Shown here: in pieces, positions 55,024-64,000 of the stretch
How positions within the stretch are numbered: the first letter of the stretch is position 1
Layout: every line of letters begins with the position of its first letter
Origin: Thermoplasmatota archaeon
GTDB taxonomy: Archaea > Thermoplasmatota > Poseidoniia > Poseidoniales > Thalassarchaeaceae
Assembly: GCA_036138175.1 (NCBI GenBank)
Contig: JAZAAK010000043.1
Location: forward strand, 20,610-84,609
Length of the DNA stretch: 64,000 bases
Direction of reading: 5' to 3'
Notes under the pieces: generated by a model
Seen by the model: only the letters and a program-made list of their open reading frames with translations
Told to the model about the DNA's origin: nothing
The model's database searches: none
Position numbers and translations under genes: made by a program

Positions 55024-56652
55024 TCAAGCAAGTGCGCCGTAATCTGCGTCCGCTTCTTCCATCTCTATTTCATCAACATCCATCTGAGCAAGTTGTAACT
55101 TTCCAGATAACTCATCGTTTACGGCATGCCAGTAGGAGTAGGCTTCGATTACCCAAATTCCAGATTCCCGGGTTCCGTTTCCACTACCCTTGACTCCTCC
55201 AAATGGTAGGTGAGCTTCAGCTCCAGTTGTCGAGTTGTTAATTCCAGTCATACCGGCCTTGATGCCCGTCTTGTATCGATAGGCCTCGAGTCTATCATTG
55301 GTGTAAATTGCAGAGGACAATCCATAGGGTGAAGCATTTGCAAGATGCAATGCATGATCGAAATCTCGGGCCTTAACAATAGTTATCAGTGGCCCAAAAA
55401 TCTCTTCGTGGAAACACTCCATATCTTCTGTGACATCTACATAGACATGAGGCCACATGTAGATTCCTTCGCTAGCATCTCCATGGAAACTATCTGGCTT
55501 GTTGTCATTTGTGATTCGACCTTCTCCCCAAATTTTCATGGCACCGCTATTTTCACACATATCGACACCTTTCATGAAATCAACTGCATATCTCTCGGAT
55601 AGCATTGGGCCATACAGCACTCCATCATGCCGCATTGAATCACCAATAGAAGTGGATTTCACCTTCTCCATTAATCGTTCAACAAACTCATCATAGATAT
55701 CTTGGTGAATAATCAAATTTCCTAGGCTGGTACAACGCTGGCCAGCAGTTCCAAATCCTGCCCAGTAGGCTCCCTCAACGGCATTTTCCATATTTGCTGA
55801 AGGCATTATCACAAGTGGGTTCTTCCCTCCTAATTCTAGCGAAGCGCTAACGAGATTTCGACCACAAGTTTCTCCAATCATCTTACCGACTGCGGTACTA
55901 CCTGTGAATGAGATTTTGTCTACCATCCCTAAATCGGCTGAATCAACCAATGCTTGACCTGCTCCACTTCCATTACCATGTACCAAGTTAATCACACCAT
56001 CAGGCAATCCTGCCTCATGCATTACACGCGCTAGGGCGAAAGAAAGGAGGGGCGAGTCTTGAGGGGACTTCCAGACGCAGGTATTGCCGCACATAATTGC
56101 TGGAATCATCTTCCAGAACGGGACCGCTGAAGGGAAGTTGCAAGAATTGATAATTCCACAAACCCCCAATGGTCTACGGTAGGTGAACAATTCTTTGTTC
56201 GGTAACTCTGAGTTGACTGTCTGACCATAGAGTCGGCGACCCTCTGATTGGAAGAAGAGACATGTGTCAATTGCTTCCTGAATTTCTCCACCGCATTCTT
56301 TCAATGTTTTACCAATTTCACGAGCCTGTAGACGAACAAGATCTTCTTTGTGCTCCATCAACAATCTACCCATGTTTCCAATTACCTGACCGCGAGTTGG
56401 AGCAGGGGTTGCAGCCCAATCGGGGAATGCTGAACGAGCGGCTCTCAGAGCGTCGTGCACATCTTCTTTGGTTGAAAGAGGGAACTCTCCCAGACAATCA
56501 TCTAACCATGCAGGGTTTGTGCTTTCGTAAGTCCTGCCATCGCTAGCCAGAGTTAGCTTACCGTTGATAATGTTGTAACCCCTAACCTTTGGTGATCCAT
56601 TCGGGTTATTCGCTTCCATGTATTCGAATCCAGTCTCGAGAACGTGGGTCAT
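55024..56652 (-). CDS. NAD(P)-dependent aldehyde dehydrogenase family protein
   Basis: SLELGGKNP (catalytic Glu), FGTAGQRCTS (catalytic Cys), FTGSTAVGK and EEIFGPL motifs. Acidic C-terminal extension. Confidence 0.9.
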   Translation of the reverse strand: MTHVLETGFEYMEANNPNGSPKVRGYNIINGKLTLASDGRTYESTNPAWLDDCLGEFPLSTKEDVHDALRAARSAFPDWAATPAPTRGQVIGNMGRLLMEHKEDLVRLQAREIGKTLKECGGEIQEAIDTCLFFQSEGRRLYGQTVNSELPNKELFTYRRPLGVCGIINSCNFPSAVPFWKMIPAIMCGNTCVWKSPQDSPLLSFALARVMHEAGLPDGVINLVHGNGSGAGQALVDSADLGMVDKISFTGSTAVGKMIGETCGRNLVSASLELGGKNPLVIMPSANMENAVEGAYWAGFGTAGQRCTSLGNLIIHQDIYDEFVERLMEKVKSTSIGDSMRHDGVLYGPMLSERYAVDFMKGVDMCENSGAMKIWGEGRITNDNKPDSFHGDASEGIYMWPHVYVDVTEDMECFHEEIFGPLITIVKARDFDHALHLANASPYGLSSAIYTNDRLEAYRYKTGIKAGMTGINNSTTGAEAHLPFGGVKGSGNGTRESGIWVIEAYSYWHAVNDELSGKLQLAQMDVDEIEMEEADADYGALA

Positions 56653-56794
56653 GCTTCGTGCGAATCGAATAGTAGCAATGAAACCACCGCATCGCTATTC
56701 CTAATTCTGATAACTGAATTGCCAGATTTGACAATTCTCAATTGGGGGGTTTAACTACCTCCGATGTCGACACGGTGTTACAAGGAGGGGGATT

Positions 56795-59020
56795 ATGGCA
56801 GAGGAATCCGACAAAGAATTGAAACTTAGAGTAGCCAAAGCAATCCCAAGCGACGTCGGTCATGGCAGAGCAAGGGTGCCATTTGACAACGAATTGAACC
56901 TCAAACCCGGCGATATAATCGAGATTGAGGGTGAACGTTCTACCGCCGCAATCGTTTGGAGGTGCCGACCCGAAGATGCGAACCTTGGAGTAATTCGAAT
57001 TGATGGAATTATCCGAAAAAATGCAAGCGTTTCTCTCGGAGATCGAGTTACGGTAAGGAAAGTCGAAGCTCAGCCATGTACGCGACTCGTACTAAGTCCT
57101 GTTATGGCCAAGCAACAAAAGGTTAGATTTGGGCCCGGAATTGAAGGATTTGCCCGCCGTGGACTAAACAAGAGACCGGTGGTTTCAGGCGATAGAATAT
57201 TCATTCCTGGAATGACTCTGTTTGCCGAAGCATTACCATTCCAGATTGTCCAAACTAGCCCAAAGGGAACAGTTCAGGTTTTGCCAGATACTGAGATAAT
57301 CATCAAGGAAGAAGCAGTCGATGAGGATGAAGATGCCGAAATATCAAGTATCACTTACGAGGATATTGGAGGCATTGGAGATCAATTGCAAAAAGTTCGT
57401 GAGATGATCGAACTTCCATTGAAACACCCAGTTCTGTTCCGCAGACTTGGAATTGATCCTCCGAGAGGCGTTCTATTACACGGCCCTCCTGGAACCGGAA
57501 AGACGCTGATTGCGAAAGCAGTTGCATCTGAAACACAGGCGCATTTTACTTCGATAAATGGACCTGAAATAATTTCGAAATATTATGGAGAGAGTGAAAA
57601 ACAACTGCGTGAGATATTTGACGAAGCCACTGCCAATGCTCCCGCAATCATATTCATCGATGAATTGGATTCAATCGCTCCGAAGCGCGAAGACGTCTCA
57701 GGTGAGGTAGAGCGTAGAGTTGTCGCACAACTTCTCACACTTCTCGATGGAATGCAGGGCCGTGACAACGTTGTTGTAATCGGTGCAACAAATCGACGAG
57801 ACGCAATAGACCCTGCTTTGAGGCGCCCGGGTCGATTTGACAGGGAATTGGAAATTGGTGTTCCTGACAAAAATGGTCGAGAGGAAATCATCAACATACA
57901 TACCAGAGGTATGCCAATAAGTGATGATTTCGATATGGATTGGTTACTGGATAATTCCTATGGATTCGTCGGCGCAGATATCTCTGCTTTGGTCCGAGAA
58001 GCGGCCATGAAGGCTCTGCGCCGCTATCTGCCAGAAATCGATTTAGACGAGGAACAGATTCCCGCCGAAGTTCTAGAAAAGATGGAAGTAAAAATGATTG
58101 ATTTCCGTGAGGCAATAAAGGAAATTGAACCAAGCGCTCTGCGTGAAATATACGTAGAGGTGCCTGAGGTGTCTTGGGAACAAGTTGGAGGTTTAGAAGA
58201 GGTCAAGGAGCGCTTGAAAGAAAGTATCGAATGGCCACTAACTCAGCCCGAGATGTTCGAACATTTCGGAATCAATCCCCCTCGTGGAATCGTACTATTT
58301 GGAGCCCCTGGTACTGGAAAAACATTGATTGCAAAGGCAATTGCCAACGAGGCTAAAGCCAATTTCATATCAATCAAAGGTCCTGAAATGGTATCCAAAT
58401 GGGTCGGCGAATCAGAAAGAGCGGTGCGCGAGGTCTTCAAGAAGGCAAAACAATCCAGTCCTTCGATTATTTTCCTAGATGAATTTGAGAGTATTGCAGG
58501 AGTTAGGCGCAATATGTCAGGTGAAGGTTCAGATGTGATGAATAGAGTAGTCAATCAATTACTATCCAGTATGGATGGTGTAGAAACAATGGAGGGTGTA
58601 ATCGTAGTTGCTGCGACAAACCGACCAGAGATGATTGACCCTGCTCTTCTCAGAAGTGGTCGCTTTGAGAGAGTATTACACATTCCTCCACCTGATGCAG
58701 ATTCACGAAAGGAGATACTCCGCATTCACACCAAAGATATGCCATTGGGTAAATTCTCCCTCGATGATTTAGCCGGCCAACTTGATAATTACACAGGGGC
58801 CGATATCGAATCTATTTGTCGAGAGGCAGCACTAATCTCTATGCGAGCCGGTAAGAAATCAGTCTCAAAGAAATCCTTTGAGGAAGCAATCGCTAGAGTT
58901 AGACCTACAATTACCGATGAGATGATGGAGTACTACGGTCGCATGGAGGGTATGCTAACCAGTGGTCTCGAATCGGTGCGTCGCCGACCGGACACACTTT
59001 CTGGAATTGAAGCAGTTTGA
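56795..59020 (+). CDS. cdc48: Cdc48/VCP/VAT-type AAA+ ATPase (N domain plus D1 and D2)
   Basis: N domain [18 protein letters not shown]. Two Walker A motifs ([16 protein letters not shown]), two Walker B motifs ([16 protein letters not shown]), and SRH regions. The C-terminus ...SGIEAV has no penultimate Tyr. Confidence 0.95.
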   Translation: MAEESDKELKLRVAKAIPSDVGHGRARVPFDNELNLKPGDIIEIEGERSTAAIVWRCRPEDANLGVIRIDGIIRKNASVSLGDRVTVRKVEAQPCTRLVLSPVMAKQQKVRFGPGIEGFARRGLNKRPVVSGDRIFIPGMTLFAEALPFQIVQTSPKGTVQVLPDTEIIIKEEAVDEDEDAEISSITYEDIGGIGDQLQKVREMIELPLKHPVLFRRLGIDPPRGVLLHGPPGTGKTLIAKAVASETQAHFTSINGPEIISKYYGESEKQLREIFDEATANAPAIIFIDELDSIAPKREDVSGEVERRVVAQLLTLLDGMQGRDNVVVIGATNRRDAIDPALRRPGRFDRELEIGVPDKNGREEIINIHTRGMPISDDFDMDWLLDNSYGFVGADISALVREAAMKALRRYLPEIDLDEEQIPAEVLEKMEVKMIDFREAIKEIEPSALREIYVEVPEVSWEQVGGLEEVKERLKESIEWPLTQPEMFEHFGINPPRGIVLFGAPGTGKTLIAKAIANEAKANFISIKGPEMVSKWVGESERAVREVFKKAKQSSPSIIFLDEFESIAGVRRNMSGEGSDVMNRVVNQLLSSMDGVETMEGVIVVAATNRPEMIDPALLRSGRFERVLHIPPPDADSRKEILRIHTKDMPLGKFSLDDLAGQLDNYTGADIESICREAALISMRAGKKSVSKKSFEEAIARVRPTITDEMMEYYGRMEGMLTSGLESVRRRPDTLSGIEAV

Positions 59021-59029
59021 GGTGAAAAA

Positions 59030-59272
59030 ATGCCGACGACTTTCGGCCGAGAAATTCTTGGACGAAATGTCGTCGATCAAGCATCCGACAAGCTCGGAGT
59101 TTTAGCGGATTTTAGAATCGATATGTCTACTGGAAGAATCACTGCTCTAATGGTAGCTCTAGAGAATGATTTGGATCCAACAATGCTACCTTGGCCGACA
59201 GTAGAAGGCCTACTCTCTGTTCCAGTTGAAGAGATTGCAGAGGTCGGAGTGAATATCCAACTTGCCCGTTGA
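59030..59272 (+). CDS. Small PRC-barrel domain protein
   Basis: 80 aa. ILGRNVVDQASDKLGVLADFRIDMSTGRITALMV is a typical PRC-barrel pattern. GAGGTGA precedes the ATG, 9 nt after the cdc48 stop. Confidence 0.7.
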   Translation: MPTTFGREILGRNVVDQASDKLGVLADFRIDMSTGRITALMVALENDLDPTMLPWPTVEGLLSVPVEEIAEVGVNIQLAR

Positions 59273-59361
59273 GTCGATGCAAGCCCCGTTCAGCGGTGAA
59301 TAACGGTCTTAAGTCGTAGTTGAGGCTCGTCAGACGTTCCGTAGGAACGGTGGCTTGCAGC

Positions 59362-61005
59362 ATGGCGGATTCTCGCGTTTGGATGAGGAGGCTAACGTCG
59401 AGGCAAACTCGACGTCTTGCAATCACCACCGCGTTCTGGTTAATGTTAGGAATTCTACTCTTTTCAATTCTACAAACATATATCATCACCGGTGAAAAAC
59501 AGCAGTCTGCTTACGGCGACGATTGGAACGATTTGAACGGATTTAGAGACGAAGTATCAAATCTAGGAATTGAAACCACCGCATTAATCTCAAGTCCATT
59601 ACTACTTACAGAAATTGATGACCCCGAACAGGCAATTTTCGTCATCTCAGGGGTTGAGAGAGATACGATTTCCTTACCCAAATTTACAGGAGACGAGAGC
59701 ATTGTCGATTTCCGAGAAGCTGATGGATACACCAGTTCAGAAATTGCCGCAATTAGGGATTTTGTTGACGCTGGCGGTACTCTTCTATTGATGGATGATT
59801 TTGGTTACTCTGCGAGTCTCGCAGACGAATATGGCTTGACCTATTCCGGCCATCACCTCTACGATGGTGAGTCATGGGCTAGAGAACTAGACTTCAATTT
59901 CGTTTGGGTAAACGAAACTTCTGCATTCAATTTCACTTCGACTTCTGGTTCAGTTGCAATGGCGATGCATCCATGTTTGCGCGATGTGGATCTTGATGGA
60001 GTAATCGATTTACTTGACGACGAACCATATGACCCGAATGTAGGTGGCGTGATCACAGAGCAAAATGTTGGGCTTTGTGCCCATAGGTGGGATTCAGAAA
60101 CCGGTGAATGGGACTTTACAGAAAACTACAATCTATTGACAAATTCTCCATCAGCATTTGAGAAGGATGGAGCTTTCAATCCCGCTGAGAATCGATATGC
60201 CATTAGTGCAAGTACCCTTGATTCATATCTAGATACCAATGATGATGGTAACCTTACAGTCGGCTTTGAGGCGGCAGGAATAGCAGGGGATGAACAAGGT
60301 CCATTTGCTGTTTATGTAAGATATTGTGTAGATAGAATGTGTTTAGATTCTGATTCCGGACGAGTTCACTTTGTTAGCGATGGTTCGATTCTAATCAATT
60401 CACTATACAGCGCAGGGCCTGATAGTCCGTACGCTGACTCCGTTCCGTTAAACGATAATCGTAAGTGGGCTCTAGACATTATCGCAGAAGCTCTACTTCT
60501 AGGAAATACAAGCACAAATGCGGGTGAAGAAGCCATCATTATTTTTGATGAATCCCGCCATCAGCAGGAAACCCCAATGGGCGATACCTACAATCTACTA
60601 TACTACATTCTAGTCTACTTTACCAACGATTGGATGGCTATGCTTATTCTATTCCTAACTCTCTTTATCGTACTAGAGGCGGTCCTGATTCGCAAGGATG
60701 ATCCAGAGGATTGGCGCCATGTATTCCGCATCATTTACTACGGATTCGGTGATGCTCGAAGGTATGATTACTATCAGAGACCACAGAAAATACGGCAGGT
60801 GTTATTGACCAGAGTTCGTAATCTCAATACCATGTCTCGAGAGGAATTCGATGCGCTACCTGCTGCTGAATTACAGCGTATTGTCGATGATCCTGTGTTA
60901 GTCCAATTCATCTTTGAAGATAGACGATATAAACCAGATGAGTTGGTTGGAATAATCAAACGAATCAAGGCATGGGGCCAAACTACAGAGGAGAGTGATG
61001 CCTAA
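59362..61005 (+). CDS. Membrane protein with DUF4350-like (GldG/ABC-type uncharacterised transport system-like) ectodomain
   Basis: N-terminal TM helix. The segment ...AIFVISGVERD...SSEIAAIRDFVDAGGTLLLMDDFGY resembles DUF4350. A second TM helix near residue 450 is followed by a basic/aromatic cytoplasmic tail. Start taken at ATG 59362 (ORF track 59320). Confidence 0.5.
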   Translation: MADSRVWMRRLTSRQTRRLAITTAFWLMLGILLFSILQTYIITGEKQQSAYGDDWNDLNGFRDEVSNLGIETTALISSPLLLTEIDDPEQAIFVISGVERDTISLPKFTGDESIVDFREADGYTSSEIAAIRDFVDAGGTLLLMDDFGYSASLADEYGLTYSGHHLYDGESWARELDFNFVWVNETSAFNFTSTSGSVAMAMHPCLRDVDLDGVIDLLDDEPYDPNVGGVITEQNVGLCAHRWDSETGEWDFTENYNLLTNSPSAFEKDGAFNPAENRYAISASTLDSYLDTNDDGNLTVGFEAAGIAGDEQGPFAVYVRYCVDRMCLDSDSGRVHFVSDGSILINSLYSAGPDSPYADSVPLNDNRKWALDIIAEALLLGNTSTNAGEEAIIIFDESRHQQETPMGDTYNLLYYILVYFTNDWMAMLILFLTLFIVLEAVLIRKDDPEDWRHVFRIIYYGFGDARRYDYYQRPQKIRQVLLTRVRNLNTMSREEFDALPAAELQRIVDDPVLVQFIFEDRRYKPDELVGIIKRIKAWGQTTEESDA

Positions 61006-62258
61006 TGTGGACACGTAAGGCAGCAATCATGCTGACTAGTGGTATTTCTCTGATATTGATTGGAATGATGATATCTCATTTCCAATTGATGATAATTGGT
61101 CTGACATTCATCGCTTTCTTGGTGATTAATGGCTGGGTAACGGGTCACTCAGACCTCGAGATTACCCGAAACATTTCAGCACAAAATGTGTACAAGGGTG
61201 ACGATATCTTAGTCGAAGTCAGCGTCACCAATAACTCGTATCGTCGAACTCAATTACTCGAGGTATTCGACAATGTCCCTCATGAGATGAAAATGAGGCG
61301 AGGAATCAATCAGATGAGAATGAATCTCGGACCTGGACAATCTGCTACAATGCGATATACGGTTCGTTGTCCACTGCGTGGTCATTACACCGTTGGGCCA
61401 GTTTCTGTCCGTCATCGTAACGCATTCAATCTCTTCGTCAATGAATCAAAAGTTGACGATCGAACCGACATTACGGTATTCCCACAAGTTCGTGAAGTTG
61501 AGGAAGCCCTACTTCGGTCCAATGTGCCAAAAATGTATACCGGGGCTACTACTCTGAAAACTCCCGGTCAAGGAATGGAATTCTATTCCTTGCGTGAGTA
61601 CCTGCCAGGAGATGCCTTCCGAATGATCAACTGGAAGGCATTTGCTAGAACTGGAGAATTGATGGTCAATGAAAAGACTCGTGACGCTGTTACTGACGTG
61701 TTCATAATTCTCGATACTAGAGACGTTGCAAGAATAGGAACAGTCCTCAAAAACCCATTGGAGATGGGTACTGTAGCGGCGGCTTCGATTGCAAATTATT
61801 TCATTCGCCGCCGTGATTCTGTTTCTATAGTCACCTATGGTGATAGGATGAACTACCTACCACCAGAAACGGGTGACAAGCAGTACTACAAGACTCTGAG
61901 TATGCTTGCTGGTGTAACTTCCAAAGGCAGTATGCCATTGCAAGCGGTGACCAATGCGATGAGTTCTCGAATCAGTCGAGGGTCTCCAGTATTCATCATA
62001 AGTAGTCTCGAAGGCGATGGAACAACACTCCCTGCAATCCGAAACCTTGCAGGTAAAGGCCACGAGGTCATCGTTCTGTCACCATCAAGTATCGACCTTG
62101 AGAGATTGGTAAGTAGAATACCAAGAATGTCCTATGAGGTACTCAAGCTGGAGAGACAGAACAGATTAACGGCAATTTCAGGATATGGAGCAAAGGTTAT
62201 CGATTGGATGCCAGATATCGAGTTATCACAGGCTTTGCTACAGGTTAAATCGGCTTAA
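61005..62258 (+). CDS. DUF58-family protein (vWA-like, normally partnered with MoxR ATPases)
   Basis: Two N-terminal TM helices. GMEFYSLREYLPGDAFRMINWKAFARTGELMVNEKTRD is the DUF58 signature, then a vWA-like FIILDTRD. TAATG overlap with the upstream gene. Confidence 0.75.
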   Translation: MWTRKAAIMLTSGISLILIGMMISHFQLMIIGLTFIAFLVINGWVTGHSDLEITRNISAQNVYKGDDILVEVSVTNNSYRRTQLLEVFDNVPHEMKMRRGINQMRMNLGPGQSATMRYTVRCPLRGHYTVGPVSVRHRNAFNLFVNESKVDDRTDITVFPQVREVEEALLRSNVPKMYTGATTLKTPGQGMEFYSLREYLPGDAFRMINWKAFARTGELMVNEKTRDAVTDVFIILDTRDVARIGTVLKNPLEMGTVAAASIANYFIRRRDSVSIVTYGDRMNYLPPETGDKQYYKTLSMLAGVTSKGSMPLQAVTNAMSSRISRGSPVFIISSLEGDGTTLPAIRNLAGKGHEVIVLSPSSIDLERLVSRIPRMSYEVLKLERQNRLTAISGYGAKVIDWMPDIELSQALLQVKSA

Positions 62259-62270
62259 GGAGGTGAAGAT

Positions 62271-63488
62271 ATGGCAATGGAAACAGTACCACCAAGTCAG
62301 ACATTACATCTTCCTCGTTTACGCCGTCGCTGGCAAATTCTATTCCTACAGATAATCGCTACAGCCGCTCTACTAGCTTTATTGTTCAGGATGACTGAAG
62401 TATACGGCCCATGTGATGATGGATTCCTAGAAGATGGCAACCAGTGGTGTCCTTCTTACGAACATACTAGAGGTCTAATGTGGGTTAATGATCAACCCTC
62501 TTTCCAAAATAATGCACTTTCGGGAAGTGATGGTTTGATTCTACCCCGAGAATTGACAGGAATCGACTCAACTGGTTTTGCTAGTCAGATTGCTCCACTT
62601 ACTATGTGCTTCCTTATTGCAGGATTGTGGATGCTCTATCAAACTAGAGATGAAAAGGTAAAGCAGTGGACTCGCAGAGGTTTTACCGGCGCTATTGTAC
62701 TATGGGCCCTTGTTCCATTCATTCTAGACTGGTTTGATGAGATCGGAGTTATCGGTTTTCATCTTCCATTGCAACATATAGGTTCTCTATTCCAACCGCT
62801 ACAATTAGCAATTGAGTTATTCTTTGTTGGGATTGTCTTCGCACCAATATTGGCTGGATTAATCGGTATCTGGAGCCTATCGCGAAGGGCACTTACTTGG
62901 TCAGTCGGCTTCTTCTTGATGGTTATCGGAGTACACGCGTTACTTACCTTCCAAGGGATCACAGATACAGTGGCCGGCATTGGCCTCAAGCCGCTACCAG
63001 CGCAAATTGGCGAAGCCACCCTGTATGGTGGACTAATTTCTCCATTAGCACTTGATTTACTTGGAATTGCTATTCTGATACTACTATTCCACGAGGCTGG
63101 GAATGCCGTTATTGGTCATCTTGAGTATGCGGTGATGTTACCAGATGCTAGTAAGTCAGATCCAGAATATGTACGTCAATTCAACAATGTAGTCAACAGT
63201 CATGTTTTGCATACAGTTGCAATTATTGGCGGTGTCGCCATTACTACTACACTCGCACTCGAGTTTGATGCACTAATGCTCGATATAGTGGCTGTAATGG
63301 AAGGTGGACAGTGGAGTGGACAAGTTTCCGAATCCCTTGAGTTGCAATTGACATACGGGAAGGTTATCTCAGCCGGGTTATTCCTATTGGCAGTGGCTGG
63401 AATGAGATATGTGGTCCCATGGCAGAGGGTTAGTGGTCTAATCGAAACTGGAATTGCTAGTCTACGCGGTACAAGATCGGATTCCTAA
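62271..63488 (+). CDS. Polytopic membrane protein (about 9 TM), unknown function, third gene of the DUF4350/DUF58 unit
   Basis: AAGGAGGTGA precedes the ATG, 12 nt after the DUF58 stop. No motif recognised. Confidence 0.6.
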   Translation: MAMETVPPSQTLHLPRLRRRWQILFLQIIATAALLALLFRMTEVYGPCDDGFLEDGNQWCPSYEHTRGLMWVNDQPSFQNNALSGSDGLILPRELTGIDSTGFASQIAPLTMCFLIAGLWMLYQTRDEKVKQWTRRGFTGAIVLWALVPFILDWFDEIGVIGFHLPLQHIGSLFQPLQLAIELFFVGIVFAPILAGLIGIWSLSRRALTWSVGFFLMVIGVHALLTFQGITDTVAGIGLKPLPAQIGEATLYGGLISPLALDLLGIAILILLFHEAGNAVIGHLEYAVMLPDASKSDPEYVRQFNNVVNSHVLHTVAIIGGVAITTTLALEFDALMLDIVAVMEGGQWSGQVSESLELQLTYGKVISAGLFLLAVAGMRYVVPWQRVSGLIETGIASLRGTRSDS

Positions 63489-63493
63489 ATCCC

Positions 63494-63994
63494 TCATCTA
63501 ATTCCGAGTAATTTCTCAAGAAATAGAACTATTTGGCTAGAAATATAGAGGGTGGCTAATCCAAGGATAATGACTGCAACCGGATTAGCCCACCAACCTA
63601 GTTGAGGTTCTATAGCAGAAATCACCTTGCTACTAATCTGCCAAGCACCGAATATACAAGCAAAGAGGACGAATCTATCCATCCAAGGCGAGGTCTTCTT
63701 TCCGGCTGTATTTGCCCTATTGGGTAGGTTGCCAACCTCGCTCATGGTTAGGTTGTGAAAAATATCGCCAATATATGCACCGATTGGCCTTATTCCCATT
63801 CTACATGCAGTATCAGTTGGGTTCAAGCCACAGAGGTCAGCCCGCAGGTTATGGCCGCAGGTATCGATATAGAGACTTGCAGTCGCTGTGATAAGCCTGC
63901 TATATTGCATCAAGAATACAGCGGCCAACACTTCTGCGCCTATCACCTGAGGCAGTCGATCAGAAAGCGAGTGTCCAAGGATTTGCGTAGTCAA
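63494..63994 (-). CDS. Membrane protein, unknown function (N-terminus may extend beyond the window)
   Basis: 166-aa ORF. The frame is still open for the two codons between 63994 and the window edge. Two C-terminal TM helices and a Cys-containing central segment. Confidence 0.4.
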   Translation of the reverse strand: MTTQILGHSLSDRLPQVIGAEVLAAVFLMQYSRLITATASLYIDTCGHNLRADLCGLNPTDTACRMGIRPIGAYIGDIFHNLTMSEVGNLPNRANTAGKKTSPWMDRFVLFACIFGAWQISSKVISAIEPQLGWWANPVAVIILGLATLYISSQIVLFLEKLLGIR

Positions 63995-64000
63995 TTGGTC

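Noticed and set aside
1-64000. Search for CRISPR arrays, tRNA/rRNA genes, transposases, integrases, phage genes and toxin-antitoxin pairs.
   Set aside because: No non-coding gap exceeds about 145 nt. I saw no direct-repeat/spacer periodicity, no tRNA-like T-arm/acceptor patterns in the gaps, and no recombinase or transposase motifs in any ORF.

Overview
This is a 64-kb, very gene-dense chromosomal segment with about 58 protein-coding genes; the longest non-coding gaps are about 140 nt. I found no rRNA, tRNA, CRISPR array, transposase, integrase or prophage genes. All family calls were made by eye from motifs, and no database search was run.

The organism is an archaeon. Evidence: an aIF1A-Rio1-KH(Dim2) operon, Hjc resolvase, MC1 chromatin protein, Cdc48/VAT, a Sec11-type signal peptidase, a presenilin-type protease, and a NuoEFG-less complex I operon with split nuoJ. 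Add huge CARDB-repeat surface proteins, lipobox lipoproteins, aerobic heterotroph genes (SDH, methylcrotonyl-CoA carboxylase cluster, ALDH) and roughly mid-40s % GC. Together these suggest a planktonic heterotrophic euryarchaeote of the Marine Group II / Thermoplasmatota kind. That placement is inference only.

Layout:
- 2-9609: surface-protein island (truncated giant ORF, small anchored protein, 1497-aa S8 subtilase, 894-aa CARDB-repeat protein).
- 9752-21610: nuoABCDHIJ1J2KLMN.
- 21.7-24.3 kb: two lipoproteins and a hydrolase.
- 24.4-26.6 kb: aIF1A-Rio1-KH.
- 28.0-32.5 kb: MCC/leucine catabolism cluster.
- 33-41 kb: serS, presenilin homologue, folC, dCMP deaminase, P-loop kinase, Lhr helicase.
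- 41-46 kb: PLC-like lipoprotein, signal peptidase, site-2 protease.
- 46-49 kb: Hjc, an RNase-H-fold protein, a macro domain protein, a small Lrp-type protein, MC1.
- 49-52.6 kb: sdhBAC.
- 52.9-56.7 kb: Cys-rich mosaic lipoprotein, membrane protein, ALDH.
- 56.8-63.5 kb: Cdc48, PRC barrel, DUF4350-like, DUF58-like and a polytopic membrane protein.

Genes mostly carry GGAGG-type ribosome-binding sites, and many overlap by 1-4 nt.

Most of the window is ordinary core genome. The best candidates for something undescribed are:
1. The membrane-anchored subtilase with a cytoplasmic eight-ligand zinc-finger tail.
2. The Cdc48-PRC barrel gene pair followed, about 90 nt downstream, by a DUF4350/DUF58/membrane operon with no MoxR ATPase in the window.
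3. The mosaic Cys-rich lipoprotein (DGxDND motif, degenerate thioredoxin-like motif, CGVCGGDGSSC module).
4. Lineage-specific insertions in NuoH, NuoI and NuoL.
5. A family of short GC-rich triloop hairpins in short intergenic spacers.
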